Counted from the stretch's first letter, positions 36,835 through 47,168 are shown. The stretch: 52,901 nucleotides of DNA from Collinsella sp. (GCA_022713905.1 JAIHTM010000001.1:1-52901); one strand, 5' to 3'. The notes: a model not told the origin generated them from the letters alone. A program made the numbers and translations.

Positions 36835-38453
36835 CGGGCGGGGACGGGCCCGTGTCGCGGGACGCGGCCCTCGCGTATGTGCCCGCGCCCACGCGCGCCG
36901 GGGGCCCTGAGGTCCTGTGGCTGGCCGGCGCGGCTCGGGCGCGGCGTGAAGGGCGCGCATGCGGTCCTCCGCCGGCGCATGCCGTGTGCCGTTCCGACCT
37001 GGGGGCCGTGGAGGGGGCCCGCGATGCGGTGCGCCGCTCCCTGCGCGAGCGGGCCCTGGAGCGGGAGCATGGCGAGGACGAGGCGGCCCGCGACCCGCAC
37101 GGCCGGCTGCCGGCGGGCCCTTCCGGCCCGTTGTCCGTGCTGACGCGGGGGTTCGCGTTGCGGCCGCTGACGCCGTGGCATCAGACCAGCACGGGGCGGG
37201 CGGGCGTACTCACGCTGCTGACGGCGGGCTGCGGGAGTCCCCGGGTGCCCGGCCCGCCCTTGGGCGTGGACGTGCTGACGCGCGAGCTGTTCGAGTTCGA
37301 CCCGTGGGGCGCGTATGACGCGGGCATGGTACGCAGTCCGGACCTGTTCGTGTCCGGCCTGCGGGGCATGGGCAAGTCGTGGTGCGCGAAGGCGTTGGCG
37401 GTGCGGGAGATCGGCTGGGGGCGGCATGTGATCGTCCAGTCGGACCGGCAGGGCGAGTGGGCGCGGGTCGCGCGGCATGTGGGCGGTCAGGTCGTCTCCC
37501 CCGGGCCGGACGGGTATCTCAACCCGTTCGACGCTCCGGCGCGCCCCGCGGGGGCGGATACGCGGGAGTGGCTGCGGCGCACGATGCTGTCGCGCCGCCA
37601 GTCGTTCGCGTCGCTCGCCGAGGCGCTGCGCGATCCGGGACGGCCGTCACCGTTGGACACGGACATGACCGCGATGCTGGAGCTGCTGATCGGCTCGTAT
37701 GGGGCGGGGCCGATGACCCTGGAGGACGCGGTGCGCCGGCTGTCGGACACGGGGTGGGTGGACCGGGTGTACCAGGACGCGCCCGGGTTCGCCCGCCAGC
37801 GGGATCTGGCGGCGGAGAAGGCCGCGGCCGCGGCGCGCGTGTTCGCTCCCATGGTGGCGGGCGGTTCGATGAGCGGGATGTTCGACCGGGAGAGCACGAT
37901 CCGGCCGGACCCGTCGAGCCCGATGGTCGTGTTCGACACGTCGGGGCCGGCGGTGCAGGATCCGGCCGCGCGCCGCGTGTATATGAGCGCGGTGACCGGG
38001 TGGGTGGACCAGGTGCTGCAGTCGGGCGACGGGCTGCGGCGCGACGTGGTGTGCGAGGAGGCGTGGTTCCTGCTCGCGAACCCGCGGATCGTGGAGAGTC
38101 TGCAGGCGAGGCAGCGTTCGGCGGGCCATTGGGGGTGTTCGACGTGGCTGATCGTGCATGGCGCGGCCGACATGACGGAATTGTTCGACGAGGGGTCGGG
38201 ACAGGCGGGCCGGGTCGCGAACCTGATGGATCTGACGGAGACGAAGGTCACGTACGCGCAGGGGTCCGCGAACCTGGGCATGCTGCGGCGCCTGATCCCG
38301 GACATGGGCGCGGACGAGGCGGAGGTGATTCCCTCGCTCGCGCCGGGCGTGGGGATCTGGAGGATCGGCGGCGGGCAGCCGCGCATGGTGCGCCCGCTGG
38401 CGGGGCCGTCGATGGCGGCCCTGTTCGACACGAGCGACATGAGGAGGGCGTGA
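36831..38453 (+). CDS. VirB4-like conjugative ATPase
   Basis: Walker A GLRGMGKS, SDRQGEW, LNPFD, Walker B VVCEEAW. Confidence 0.88.
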   Translation: MTGGDGPVSRDAALAYVPAPTRAGGPEVLWLAGAARARREGRACGPPPAHAVCRSDLGAVEGARDAVRRSLRERALEREHGEDEAARDPHGRLPAGPSGPLSVLTRGFALRPLTPWHQTSTGRAGVLTLLTAGCGSPRVPGPPLGVDVLTRELFEFDPWGAYDAGMVRSPDLFVSGLRGMGKSWCAKALAVREIGWGRHVIVQSDRQGEWARVARHVGGQVVSPGPDGYLNPFDAPARPAGADTREWLRRTMLSRRQSFASLAEALRDPGRPSPLDTDMTAMLELLIGSYGAGPMTLEDAVRRLSDTGWVDRVYQDAPGFARQRDLAAEKAAAAARVFAPMVAGGSMSGMFDRESTIRPDPSSPMVVFDTSGPAVQDPAARRVYMSAVTGWVDQVLQSGDGLRRDVVCEEAWFLLANPRIVESLQARQRSAGHWGCSTWLIVHGAADMTELFDEGSGQAGRVANLMDLTETKVTYAQGSANLGMLRRLIPDMGADEAEVIPSLAPGVGIWRIGGGQPRMVRPLAGPSMAALFDTSDMRRA

Positions 38454-40414
38454 TGGGGGTTTCCGGGCTGCGGCCGGCGGAGGGCGTGGGGCATCTGATG
38501 CCCGACGCGGACCTGTCCGGCGGCGTATGGGACGGATTGTATTCCCGGGGCGAGCGGGACGCGGATTCCAGGCGGGCGCTCATGGCGTGGTGGCGGCGTT
38601 GGGAGGCGTCCCCGTCGGGACTGTGGGTGGCGACGCGCACGCGTCTGCTGTCGCGTCTGAGCGTGGAGGATTCCAGGCTCGTGCCCCGTTTGGGCGCCGT
38701 GGCGGCCCTGGCATGCCTGTGTGGCGGCCTGCTGTCCGTGATGGCGGCGGGCATGGGTCCGGCGGCGTGGCTGGCGTGCCTGCCGTGGGTTGCGGCGGGC
38801 ACGGCAACGGGGATCGGGCTGGCGGTGTTCTGGGATGCGTACCGGGACAGTCCCGAGCGTGCCGCGGACTGGCTGTCGTCCCGTCCGGGCATGGCCACGT
38901 GGCGGCAGGCGCAGGACGAGATGGGTGCCCGTGCGGTGGTGCGGGACGTGATACCGGCGGTACTGCCGCGCATGCTCGGCGAGGCGCGGAGGCGGTCGTC
39001 GCTGGGACGTGCGGCGCGCTGGCCGATGCCGTGGGACGCGGCGTGGCTGGCCGGCGAGGCGTGGGACATGGGCGTGTGGCTCTCGTCGGAGCGCCACGTG
39101 TACGTGCTCGGGCCGACCAGGAGCGGCAAGACCGTGTGCGTGGTGGTCCCGGCCGTGGTCGAGGCTCCCGGGTTCTGCCTGGCGACGTCGACGAGGGCGG
39201 ACGTGATCCGTGCGACGCGCGCGTGGAGGGAGAGGGGCGCCGTGGACCGGGCGTCCGGCGCGAGGTACGGGGGCCGGGGACGCACGTGGGTGTTCGACCC
39301 CGAGGGCGTGGGCGCCGGCTCGCCGGACACGCGCCACGACCTGGCGTGGACGCCGCTGGCGGGATGCGACGACCCGGGCGTGGCGCGCAGGAGAGCGGAG
39401 ACTCTGGTGGGCGTCGGCGGCCTGGGCGAGGGGTCGCGCAACGCGGAGTGGGGCGTGAGCGCGGGCGGGTACGTGCAGGCGCTGCTGTATGCGGCCGCGG
39501 TCGCGGACCTGCCGCTGCGCAAGTGCTACGAATGGTCGTTGAGCCCGGAGCGGGCGCAGGAGGCCGCGGACCTGATCCGCCGTCTGACTCCGGACTCGCG
39601 CATGGGCCAGTGGGCGGCGACGCTGGAGGCGCTGCCGTATGTGGATCCGAGGCAACGCGGTTCGGAGTGGTTCGGCGTGAAGAACGCGTTCCAGGTCCTG
39701 TCGGACCCGAACGTGCTCGCCTCGATGGATTTCGGCCCGCACGATCCGCGCCTGTGCGCGCCGGCGGACATGGTATCGCGCGGCGACACCGTGTACGCGA
39801 TGTGCCGTCCGAAGCGTTCCGGCGGGATCGCCGGCAACGCTGGCGTGTTCACGAGCCTGCTGCTCGACACGTTCCAGGAGGCGTGCCAGGGACTCGCCCT
39901 GGGCGCGGGCGCGGGGCCGCGCGGCAGGATCGAGCCTCCCGCGCGGTTCGTGCTCGACGAGCTGAGCGGCATCGCCCGCTGGGACGGGCTGCGCAACGCG
40001 GTCACCCAGGGCGGCGGCAACGGCTACCAGGTGGTCCTCGTCCAGCAGGACCGGGCCGCGATGGTAGAGGACTACGGGCGCGAGTGCGAGCGGACGGTGT
40101 GGGACAACTGCCACCGGATGATGCTCAAGGGCGTGACGGACGACGACACGCTGCGCTTCTTCGTCTCGCAGGTGGGCCGCCACCGCGAGACGCGGCGTGA
40201 TTCCAGCTGGAGCCCGGGGCATGGCGCGTTCGGCGGGGTGAGCGAGCGTGTGGAGCGCGACGATAGCGTCGACGCGCACGAGCTGAGCATGCTTCCGCGC
40301 GGCACCGCGGTCATCCAGCCGTTGGGATGCCGTCCGGTGCTGGCCAGGACGCTGCATTTCACGCGGCGGGGCTGGTATTCGCCCGACGGTCCCCGCGAGG
40401 GAGGTGGACGGTGA
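38453..40414 (+). CDS. VirD4/TraG-like type IV coupling protein
   Basis: N-terminal TM pair, Walker A GPTRSGKT, TSTRAD, VFDP, Walker B FVLDE, GGGNG..VLVQQ. Confidence 0.9.
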   Translation: MGVSGLRPAEGVGHLMPDADLSGGVWDGLYSRGERDADSRRALMAWWRRWEASPSGLWVATRTRLLSRLSVEDSRLVPRLGAVAALACLCGGLLSVMAAGMGPAAWLACLPWVAAGTATGIGLAVFWDAYRDSPERAADWLSSRPGMATWRQAQDEMGARAVVRDVIPAVLPRMLGEARRRSSLGRAARWPMPWDAAWLAGEAWDMGVWLSSERHVYVLGPTRSGKTVCVVVPAVVEAPGFCLATSTRADVIRATRAWRERGAVDRASGARYGGRGRTWVFDPEGVGAGSPDTRHDLAWTPLAGCDDPGVARRRAETLVGVGGLGEGSRNAEWGVSAGGYVQALLYAAAVADLPLRKCYEWSLSPERAQEAADLIRRLTPDSRMGQWAATLEALPYVDPRQRGSEWFGVKNAFQVLSDPNVLASMDFGPHDPRLCAPADMVSRGDTVYAMCRPKRSGGIAGNAGVFTSLLLDTFQEACQGLALGAGAGPRGRIEPPARFVLDELSGIARWDGLRNAVTQGGGNGYQVVLVQQDRAAMVEDYGRECERTVWDNCHRMMLKGVTDDDTLRFFVSQVGRHRETRRDSSWSPGHGAFGGVSERVERDDSVDAHELSMLPRGTAVIQPLGCRPVLARTLHFTRRGWYSPDGPREGGGR

Positions 40415-41439
40415 TGGATTTCATGCCGATGTTCGGGCCGGATTCTGCACCGCCGGCCTCCGCCGCGCCCGACGCGGCACCCGTGCCCGGGGACGGGGCC
40501 GCCACGCCGTTGACGCTGACCGGCCGGCATGCGGACGGGGACGTGGAGGTGATGACGGCTCACGCGATCCGCTACGGCGAGTTCCTGGCGCGCGCGTACG
40601 CCGCGTGGGACCAGGCGCTGCCGGCCTGCTGGGTCATGCACGACGACGTGGTCATGGAGGTGTTCGCACTGGCCTGCTATCACGATGCGACGATGTCCTG
40701 CGATTCGCCCGGACTGTATCTGCCTCAGCTCATGGCCTCTACCATGGCCGCGCTCGACCGCGTGCGCTCCCATCTGGCGGCCGCGGGAGGAGCCGACCCG
40801 CGTCACCCGCACCGCATGGCGGGTGCCGCCTCACGCCGCCGGCGCGCCGCGCGCATGGACGCGTACCGCCTGTGGGCCGAGACGGACGGGTCGGTGCCGC
40901 CCGGATGGGATGGGGGTCCCGGTCTGGCGGATCGCCTGACCTCGTTCGACTGGCCCACGACGCCGGAGCGCGGGGCTCAGACCTCGGGGATCCTGCGAGG
41001 CGCGCTCGGCGGCTGGCGGGACGCGGCGTCGGCCTACCACGCCCGTCTGCGCGTCGCGGACGACGGGGAGCGGGCCCGCGTGATGGACGAGTGCCGGCGC
41101 GAGCTCGCGGCGGCCCAGGAGGCGTGGGCCGCGTGGGAGGAGGCAGAGCGCGACACGCACGAGAGGCTTGCGCGCGCCCTCGCCAGGTTCCATGCCACGG
41201 CTCCCTCCCCCGCACGGGACGGGGGCGGGGACGCGGCGCGGGAGGCGGCGTCGCTGCTCGCCCGCGCCGGCGACCCCAGGTCTCCCGCCTCCTACCGTCC
41301 CGGGGACATCGACCGGCAGCTCATGCTCGCGCAACGCCTGGAGGCCGCGTGCGGAGGCGGGGACGATCCCCTCTCCACGCTCGACGCCCTCGCCGCGCGC
41401 GCCGCGGCGGCGCTCGGCGAGGACGGGAGGCACCCGTGA
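40414..41439 (+). CDS. Hypothetical protein (DUF4913-like motif)
   Basis: LPACWVMHDDVVMEVFAL motif; coupled to virD4 (TGATG). Confidence 0.65.
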   Translation: MDFMPMFGPDSAPPASAAPDAAPVPGDGAATPLTLTGRHADGDVEVMTAHAIRYGEFLARAYAAWDQALPACWVMHDDVVMEVFALACYHDATMSCDSPGLYLPQLMASTMAALDRVRSHLAAAGGADPRHPHRMAGAASRRRRAARMDAYRLWAETDGSVPPGWDGGPGLADRLTSFDWPTTPERGAQTSGILRGALGGWRDAASAYHARLRVADDGERARVMDECRRELAAAQEAWAAWEEAERDTHERLARALARFHATAPSPARDGGGDAAREAASLLARAGDPRSPASYRPGDIDRQLMLAQRLEAACGGGDDPLSTLDALAARAAAALGEDGRHP

Positions 41440-41939
41440 TGGGCGTGGCATGGCAGATGGCGCATGTCCCGGATTCGGACGCGGACATCGACTGGTTCCT
41501 TCACGGCGACCCGCCCGCACCGACGGACGCGGTTCCGAGCCGCGGGCGCGGACGGCGCAGGGACCGGAACCGTCGGCGCAGGCCGTCGTCCGGAACCGCG
41601 GAGGGCGGAATCGTGCCGCTTCCACCCTCCGCCTCGCCGGACGCGGGTCCGGTCCCTCCTCCGCCATACGGCCGTCTCGCGGAGCCGCCCGTGCCACCGC
41701 CGCCTCGCCGGACGGCCCGGGCGGGTCCGGGAACCGCGGCCGCCGGCATGCCGCCCCCGCCCGCGGCGGGACGCCTGCCATGCCCATCGCTCCCTCTTCC
41801 GCGGCCCGGACCCCCGCCCGACGGAGTGGTGACGGCACGGACGCGGAACGGAACCCGGGCGGCGCGGATTCCCCATAGGCGCGGCGGCGCCGCAGGGCGC
41901 GCGGTAGACGCAAAAGACGACGAACAGGGAGGCGCATGA
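41439..41939 (+). CDS. Pro/Arg-rich hypothetical protein
   Basis: Coupled at both ends (TGATG, ATGA) with GGGAGG RBS. Confidence 0.5.
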   Translation: MGVAWQMAHVPDSDADIDWFLHGDPPAPTDAVPSRGRGRRRDRNRRRRPSSGTAEGGIVPLPPSASPDAGPVPPPPYGRLAEPPVPPPPRRTARAGPGTAAAGMPPPPAAGRLPCPSLPLPRPGPPPDGVVTARTRNGTRAARIPHRRGGAAGRAVDAKDDEQGGA

Positions 41940-42721
41940 TGCAACCACCATGGAGACGGGCCGGCAAACCGGCGAAGGACCACGGGAAGGGCGGGAGGCC
42001 GCGGGACGGGCGGCGAACTGCGAAGGGGGGCGGGGCCATCCGCACGGGCACGGCGTTCATGCTGCTCGCCGCGTCCCTCGCCGGGATGACGCTCATGGCG
42101 GGTCCCCTCAACCCGTTCCTGCGCCGCGGGCCGGCCGAAGATCCGGCCCCGGCCGCGCGGGACGGCGAGGGCGGGCGTGACCGGGATGCCGGGAACACGG
42201 CCGGCGGAGGCATGTTCCAGGGCGACGCGGCGTCGATCGCCGACGAGATCCGGTCCATGCTGGACTCCCCTTCGGACGGGGGCGTGGACTCGCTCGCCAC
42301 GCTCCTGTACCGGCATGGCGACACGGCCCTGGCCGAGGCCCGGGAGCCGTTGGAGGCCGCGGGACGCCAGGAGGACGCGGCGACGGTGCGGAGCCTGGCG
42401 CGCGAATGGCACGACGAGGCCATGGACGCGGCGACGGCGGCCAGGCGCGTGGACCTGAAGGACATGGCCGACGGCGCGCGGAAGGCCGCCCTGGCAGCGG
42501 AATGGCACGGACTGGACACGGGCGCGTGCGCCCCTCTGGCGGGCCAGGCGTCCCTCGCCGCCCGGACGGCCGCGGACGAGGAGACGGACTACCAGGAGCT
42601 CACCGACCGGCAGGTCGTGCTCGGGAAGACGGTCACCGCGTGCGCCACCGGACTGGCTCCCGGGCGCGTGGCCGACGTGTTCGGAGAGGCGCAGGGCGGC
42701 GCGGAAGGCGACGGGCTATGA
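41936..42721 (+). CDS. Hypothetical membrane-anchored protein
   Basis: GGGAGG RBS, single TM, helical domain; coupled to neighbours. Confidence 0.65.
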   Translation: MMQPPWRRAGKPAKDHGKGGRPRDGRRTAKGGGAIRTGTAFMLLAASLAGMTLMAGPLNPFLRRGPAEDPAPAARDGEGGRDRDAGNTAGGGMFQGDAASIADEIRSMLDSPSDGGVDSLATLLYRHGDTALAEAREPLEAAGRQEDAATVRSLAREWHDEAMDAATAARRVDLKDMADGARKAALAAEWHGLDTGACAPLAGQASLAARTAADEETDYQELTDRQVVLGKTVTACATGLAPGRVADVFGEAQGGAEGDGL

Positions 42722-43170
42722 GCGGGAACGGACTGCGCGTGTCACGCGTTCAGGGCGTGGCGTTGGCGTCCGCAAGGGGCGCGGCATACCGGGTGCGTCT
42801 GGCGGACGGCACGCGCGTGGCGGCCCTGATCGCCACGTACACGCTGCACGGGTCGGGGATGGATGTGCTGCTCGTGCCCGCCGGCGACGGCGTGGCCGGG
42901 CTCATGGGCACGCTCGCCGGCGGCGAGCTGGTCGCCTTCTCCGGCATGCCGCGCCCGTGGTGGACCGGCCGGGACGAGGGCAGCATGTTCGCGGTCGAGA
43001 CGGACAGGCTCACTGTGTTCCAGACGCCCGCATCGCGCATGGCGCACCACGCCAGGGGCGAAACGGAACCGCCCGCGAGGCAGGACGCCGGGACCATGGA
43101 CGCGCCGATACCGGATGCCCTTCGCGTGGAGGGTACGGGACGCGCCCCGCATACGGGACGCCGGACATGA
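42718..43170 (+). CDS. Possible OB-fold / SSB-like protein
   Basis: Beta-strand pattern DGTRVA..LAGGELVAFSG..FAVETDRL with a disordered tail; coupled ATGA overlaps. Confidence 0.45.
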   Translation: MSGNGLRVSRVQGVALASARGAAYRVRLADGTRVAALIATYTLHGSGMDVLLVPAGDGVAGLMGTLAGGELVAFSGMPRPWWTGRDEGSMFAVETDRLTVFQTPASRMAHHARGETEPPARQDAGTMDAPIPDALRVEGTGRAPHTGRRT

Positions 43171-45155
43171 AGGACGAACGAGGAGACAAGGAGAATCCGC
43201 CGGGCGGAGACTTTTCCCGAACCGCCCGGCGAACCATGAACATGGACACGATCACGGGGACCACATCCACAGCGCATATTCTACGGGCCGAACCGGACTC
43301 GCGGGCCCTTCCCGGGGGCGCGTGGGAGCTCGCGTCGAGCCTGAGCGTGCGCGCGACCTGCCGCGTCTACCGCGGTGACGGACGGGGAGGATGGACGAAC
43401 CGCACCCGGGAGCGCGTCATGGGCGCGCGCCCGCCGCACGGCCCGTGGGCGATCTACCTGTCCGACGGCAGCGACTACTGGCTCGCATGCTTCGACCTGG
43501 ACGCGCATGACGGGGACGAGTCCTCCCGCCGGCGGGCCGAAGCCGACGCCGCGCGCTGCGCGGGCCTGCTGCGCGACGCGGGCCTGGAGCCGGTCATCTG
43601 CCGGTCCGGCCCGTCGGGCGGCATGCACGTGTGGGCGTCGAGCCTGGAGCGCGTCCCGGCTCCGCTGATGCGCTCGATCGCCATGCGCATGCGCCTGCTG
43701 CTGCCCAGCCTCGACCCGACGCCCCTGCTCAACCCGCGCACCGGGTGCGCCAGGCCACCGCTGTCCCCGCATCGCGACGGGGGCGCGAGCGTCCCCGTGG
43801 ATGGCGACCCCTGGACCCTCGACATTCCGGTGGCGCGCGCCGATGCGTGGGAGCGGCTCGACCGGACGCTGCGCGCCCTCACCGACAGGCTGACAGGGCC
43901 GGACACCGTGCCGGTGCGGGAGCAGGACCGCGCGGGCGCGGTCCTCGACGCGGACGGCATGCCGTGGATCCCCGGCGACAGGCGTCCCCTGCCCGCGCGT
44001 GCGCAACGCCTGCTCGACGCGCCGCTGCCGGCCGGCGCGGACGCATCCCCGGTCATGTTCGCGATTCTCGTGTCCGCCGCCCGCGCCCACTGGCGCCTTC
44101 ACGACATGGCGGGCCTGCTCTCCCGCCCGGGCATGACGCACGCCATGTCGGCCGGCGCGGGCCGGGGCGTGCGCATCCCGCGCCCCCTGACGGGGCCCGG
44201 AGGCGCGATGGACGTGCTCGGACGCGACTGGGAGCGCGCCGTGAAGGCCGCCTCCCGCTCCGGCCCCCGTCCCGGCAGCGACCCCGGATGGCGGGAACGC
44301 TCCCTGTCCACGCTCTCCGCGGTCACGGCCACGCTGAGGGCCATGAGGGCCGGGCGCGTCGGGTTCGACATGCCGGGCGGCGCGTCACGGCTGCGCGTGC
44401 TCACGGCCCTGTGCCTGCTGTGCGCGCGGGCGAACCGGACCGACGTCCAGGCCGACGTGCGACGGCTGGCGCTCATGTGCGGCGTGGGCCGCGAGACCGC
44501 GCGCACCGCGCTCGAACGCCTCCGCGCCGACAGGTGGGTCACGCTCGAGCGCAGGGGCGAGGGCCGGTCCGCCAACAGGTGGGCCCTCGCCCGAAAACCT
44601 GGAGGGATGGACGCCTTGACCGTTTCGTGCCAGGGCCGGTCACAAGTGGAACACGCCCCCTGGTCCATGCTCTCGGATATCGCCGGCAGGCTCTCCGGAT
44701 GGCTGTCCCTGTGCTCGCACGACCTGTTCCAGGGACCGGACCGCTCCCGTGCGGAGGGCAACGCACTCGCCGACACCTACTGCGACCCGCTCGGCACGGG
44801 ACCGGCCCCCGGCCTCGCGCGTCTCACGCGCCGACTCGACACGGAGGCCGCACGCCTGGGGAAGGCGGGCATCGGAGCGAACAGACGGGACTCCTACGAG
44901 CGCGAAAGGCTGGCTTGGGCGTGGTGGCAGGCCGAGCTCACGTGGATGCGCTCCCCCGCCGGGACCGCCAAGCGGCGTCCCCGCTGCGCCCCTCCCGCAG
45001 GCCCGTCCGGCCCGTTCCCTCCCATGCCCCGCCGACGCGATGGCAAGGTCAGCTGGCGTCAGGCTCGAATCGCAGCGCGTTCAAATGCAGAATCCGGTTT
45101 CCGGGGATATAATGACCGTTCTGCATCAGCCGACGGGAAAAGGAACCAGATATGA
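43167..45155 (+). CDS. Putative replication protein: primase-polymerase (AEP-like) domain plus HTH
   Basis: CFDLD, SGPSGGMHVW, CARPP motifs; DVRRLALMCGVGRETARTALERL HTH; start may be 43236. Confidence 0.7.
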   Translation: MKDERGDKENPPGGDFSRTARRTMNMDTITGTTSTAHILRAEPDSRALPGGAWELASSLSVRATCRVYRGDGRGGWTNRTRERVMGARPPHGPWAIYLSDGSDYWLACFDLDAHDGDESSRRRAEADAARCAGLLRDAGLEPVICRSGPSGGMHVWASSLERVPAPLMRSIAMRMRLLLPSLDPTPLLNPRTGCARPPLSPHRDGGASVPVDGDPWTLDIPVARADAWERLDRTLRALTDRLTGPDTVPVREQDRAGAVLDADGMPWIPGDRRPLPARAQRLLDAPLPAGADASPVMFAILVSAARAHWRLHDMAGLLSRPGMTHAMSAGAGRGVRIPRPLTGPGGAMDVLGRDWERAVKAASRSGPRPGSDPGWRERSLSTLSAVTATLRAMRAGRVGFDMPGGASRLRVLTALCLLCARANRTDVQADVRRLALMCGVGRETARTALERLRADRWVTLERRGEGRSANRWALARKPGGMDALTVSCQGRSQVEHAPWSMLSDIAGRLSGWLSLCSHDLFQGPDRSRAEGNALADTYCDPLGTGPAPGLARLTRRLDTEAARLGKAGIGANRRDSYERERLAWAWWQAELTWMRSPAGTAKRRPRCAPPAGPSGPFPPMPRRRDGKVSWRQARIAARSNAESGFRGYNDRSASADGKRNQI

Positions 45156-46300
45156 CCCGATGCACGACACACTCGAACAGCTGCAGACTCGCCCAGCCAG
45201 GAGGAGACTGCGTGTGCGGATGCGGCATGGCCAATCACGGCATGGGATACGTGCAATGCGCGGAAGCGCTGCGAACGGATTCTGGCATGCGTCGCGCCGA
45301 ACAGCGCACGCTGATCCAGGATTTCAACAAAAAGTCGGAGAAAGCAGAACGGACCTTGCGCAGGCTCCTCTTGGACTGGAACGTCAAAAAAGAACGTCGC
45401 GCAGCGCGAATGGCTCATGCAGGAGGCAGGCATCAGAGGCCGGGTGCACGGAATGCCTCGGGCACGACATCACCCATGCGTCAGGCGGCCATCCACATGC
45501 TGGTCATCGATACCGTGCCGTACCTCACCGAAGAGGACATGATGCGGAAGATGCTCTCCGACATCTGCGCCGCATACCAGGACACCATTGAGGATGCCCT
45601 CGCCTCTCTCCCGAGCAGGGCAAAGATGAGGCTCGCCGACCATTGGATGTGCTCGGTCGCCGCCGCCATCGTGAAGCTCATCGACGAAATCCAGGAAGGC
45701 GAGGCGGAACTCAAGAAAGAGACGTCCGAAGCCATGGGTCAGCTTGTCGCCAAAGTCGCCGAATACTATCTGGACGATCGGCGGACGCATCTCGGCCACG
45801 ACCCGGGAGAGCGCGACATCACGAGCAAAAAGGCCGAGAACAGGTCGCGCTTCGATCTCGACGCGAGGGTGTTGGCCAGCATCCAGCACCGCCGCGCACC
45901 GGCGAAAAACGCGGATTCGGAACGCGGGCAGACATCAAATCTGGCCGGGGACGAGGAATCGGAATATTGGCTTCGTATGGTGGAGGAGTACGAGATAAGG
46001 ATCGTGGTCTCGTTCATCAGGAAACTGGCCGCAACCCAAACGGCGAATATCCTCGACATTCTCGCATCACCCGTGGATGCGAGAATCAAGACGTTCAAAA
46101 AAGCCCTGCAGATATTCACATGCTACATATGCGTCAACGCAGAAAGGCACCAGATGGTCTGGGAATACTGCATGGCACCGCTGATTGCCGAGGGCCTCAG
46201 CGAGAACCTCGAAATGATCCTGACCGACAGCCTGCCAGTCTTCATCGCAAGCCCGGACTGGCAAGCGACCGAAATCACACGGCTCCGCCCATCCTCTTGA
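45152..46300 (+). CDS. Hypothetical Cys/His-rich cargo protein
   Basis: 382-aa ORF, AAAGGA RBS, TATAAT at 45108-45113, lower GC than the ICE backbone. Confidence 0.8.
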   Translation: MTRCTTHSNSCRLAQPGGDCVCGCGMANHGMGYVQCAEALRTDSGMRRAEQRTLIQDFNKKSEKAERTLRRLLLDWNVKKERRAARMAHAGGRHQRPGARNASGTTSPMRQAAIHMLVIDTVPYLTEEDMMRKMLSDICAAYQDTIEDALASLPSRAKMRLADHWMCSVAAAIVKLIDEIQEGEAELKKETSEAMGQLVAKVAEYYLDDRRTHLGHDPGERDITSKKAENRSRFDLDARVLASIQHRRAPAKNADSERGQTSNLAGDEESEYWLRMVEEYEIRIVVSFIRKLAATQTANILDILASPVDARIKTFKKALQIFTCYICVNAERHQMVWEYCMAPLIAEGLSENLEMILTDSLPVFIASPDWQATEITRLRPSS

Positions 46301-46979
46301 TAGGATTCCCGATGCCGTTCCTCCCCTCCTTTTTCAGTCCACTTTTCCATTCGAGATGATGCAGCACCGAGGTCAGGAATTTGATCGACTGTTCGACAGA
46401 AAGGCATCCGAACACCGCGTTAACCACTGTTTTGATCGACTCGTCATCTGGATACGCGAATCCGATATTGGCCAGGATGATGAACAAGAACCACAACAGG
46501 AGAGATACGGTAGAGTCGATTCGGTCATCCGCGTCCCGGGGATCCTCGTTTCGCATCCCTTGTCTCCGAACTACTCCGCCGCTGGAATCCTGAATATGCC
46601 GTGAAGGGTTTCCGGTCTCTCCCCGTTCTTTGAATATCGACCATGCAGGCAGTGGTATCTGGAGGAATCCGTACAGCATCGGATATAGAAGAACACTCCG
46701 CGAATAAAGCGATTGCAATACTCCGGCAAGGAAAAGAATGATACCGAAAATCAGCGCCGCCGTCCTTCCTCCTCGGAGCATGGACGTGACATCATGCCTG
46801 GCATGCCTTGAATGGTATGCGCAGTAGGCGCGCAGAGCGCAGCCCGCCATGAACAGCGAACCGCCGATAATGGCCACCCACACACGGCACTCCGCCTGCC
46901 AGCACTCGACGGGCGCACCCATCAAAGCGACGATGCAGGTCAACCCGGCGATGAGCGATATCAATGAAGACCTATACAT
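46275..46979 (-). CDS. Hypothetical polytopic membrane cargo protein
   Basis: AAGGAGGT RBS before MYRSS; about 6 hydrophobic segments; lower GC. Confidence 0.75.
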   Translation of the reverse strand: MYRSSLISLIAGLTCIVALMGAPVECWQAECRVWVAIIGGSLFMAGCALRAYCAYHSRHARHDVTSMLRGGRTAALIFGIILFLAGVLQSLYSRSVLLYPMLYGFLQIPLPAWSIFKERGETGNPSRHIQDSSGGVVRRQGMRNEDPRDADDRIDSTVSLLLWFLFIILANIGFAYPDDESIKTVVNAVFGCLSVEQSIKFLTSVLHHLEWKSGLKKEGRNGIGNPIKRMGGAV

Positions 46980-47168
46980 GATGACCTCCTTGCGGATGCA
47001 TTCAGGCCGATTCACCTCGATGCCAATCCAGCATAGCCGAGAATCAGCTCCCCCGAGTCAGAGGCCTCAGTGTTCCGCGTATTTCCCGATATAGGCTTTT
47101 CCTCTCTCCTGCGGTGCCGGGCTGGAATCGCTTCAGTGAGGAATCCCGCGTCACTCCCGTTGTCAAGG

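Noticed and set aside
37487..40357. 956-aa minus-strand ORF and similar long Arg/Pro/Ala-rich ORFs across the ICE
   Set aside because: They overlap well-supported genes, and stop codons are rare at this GC content
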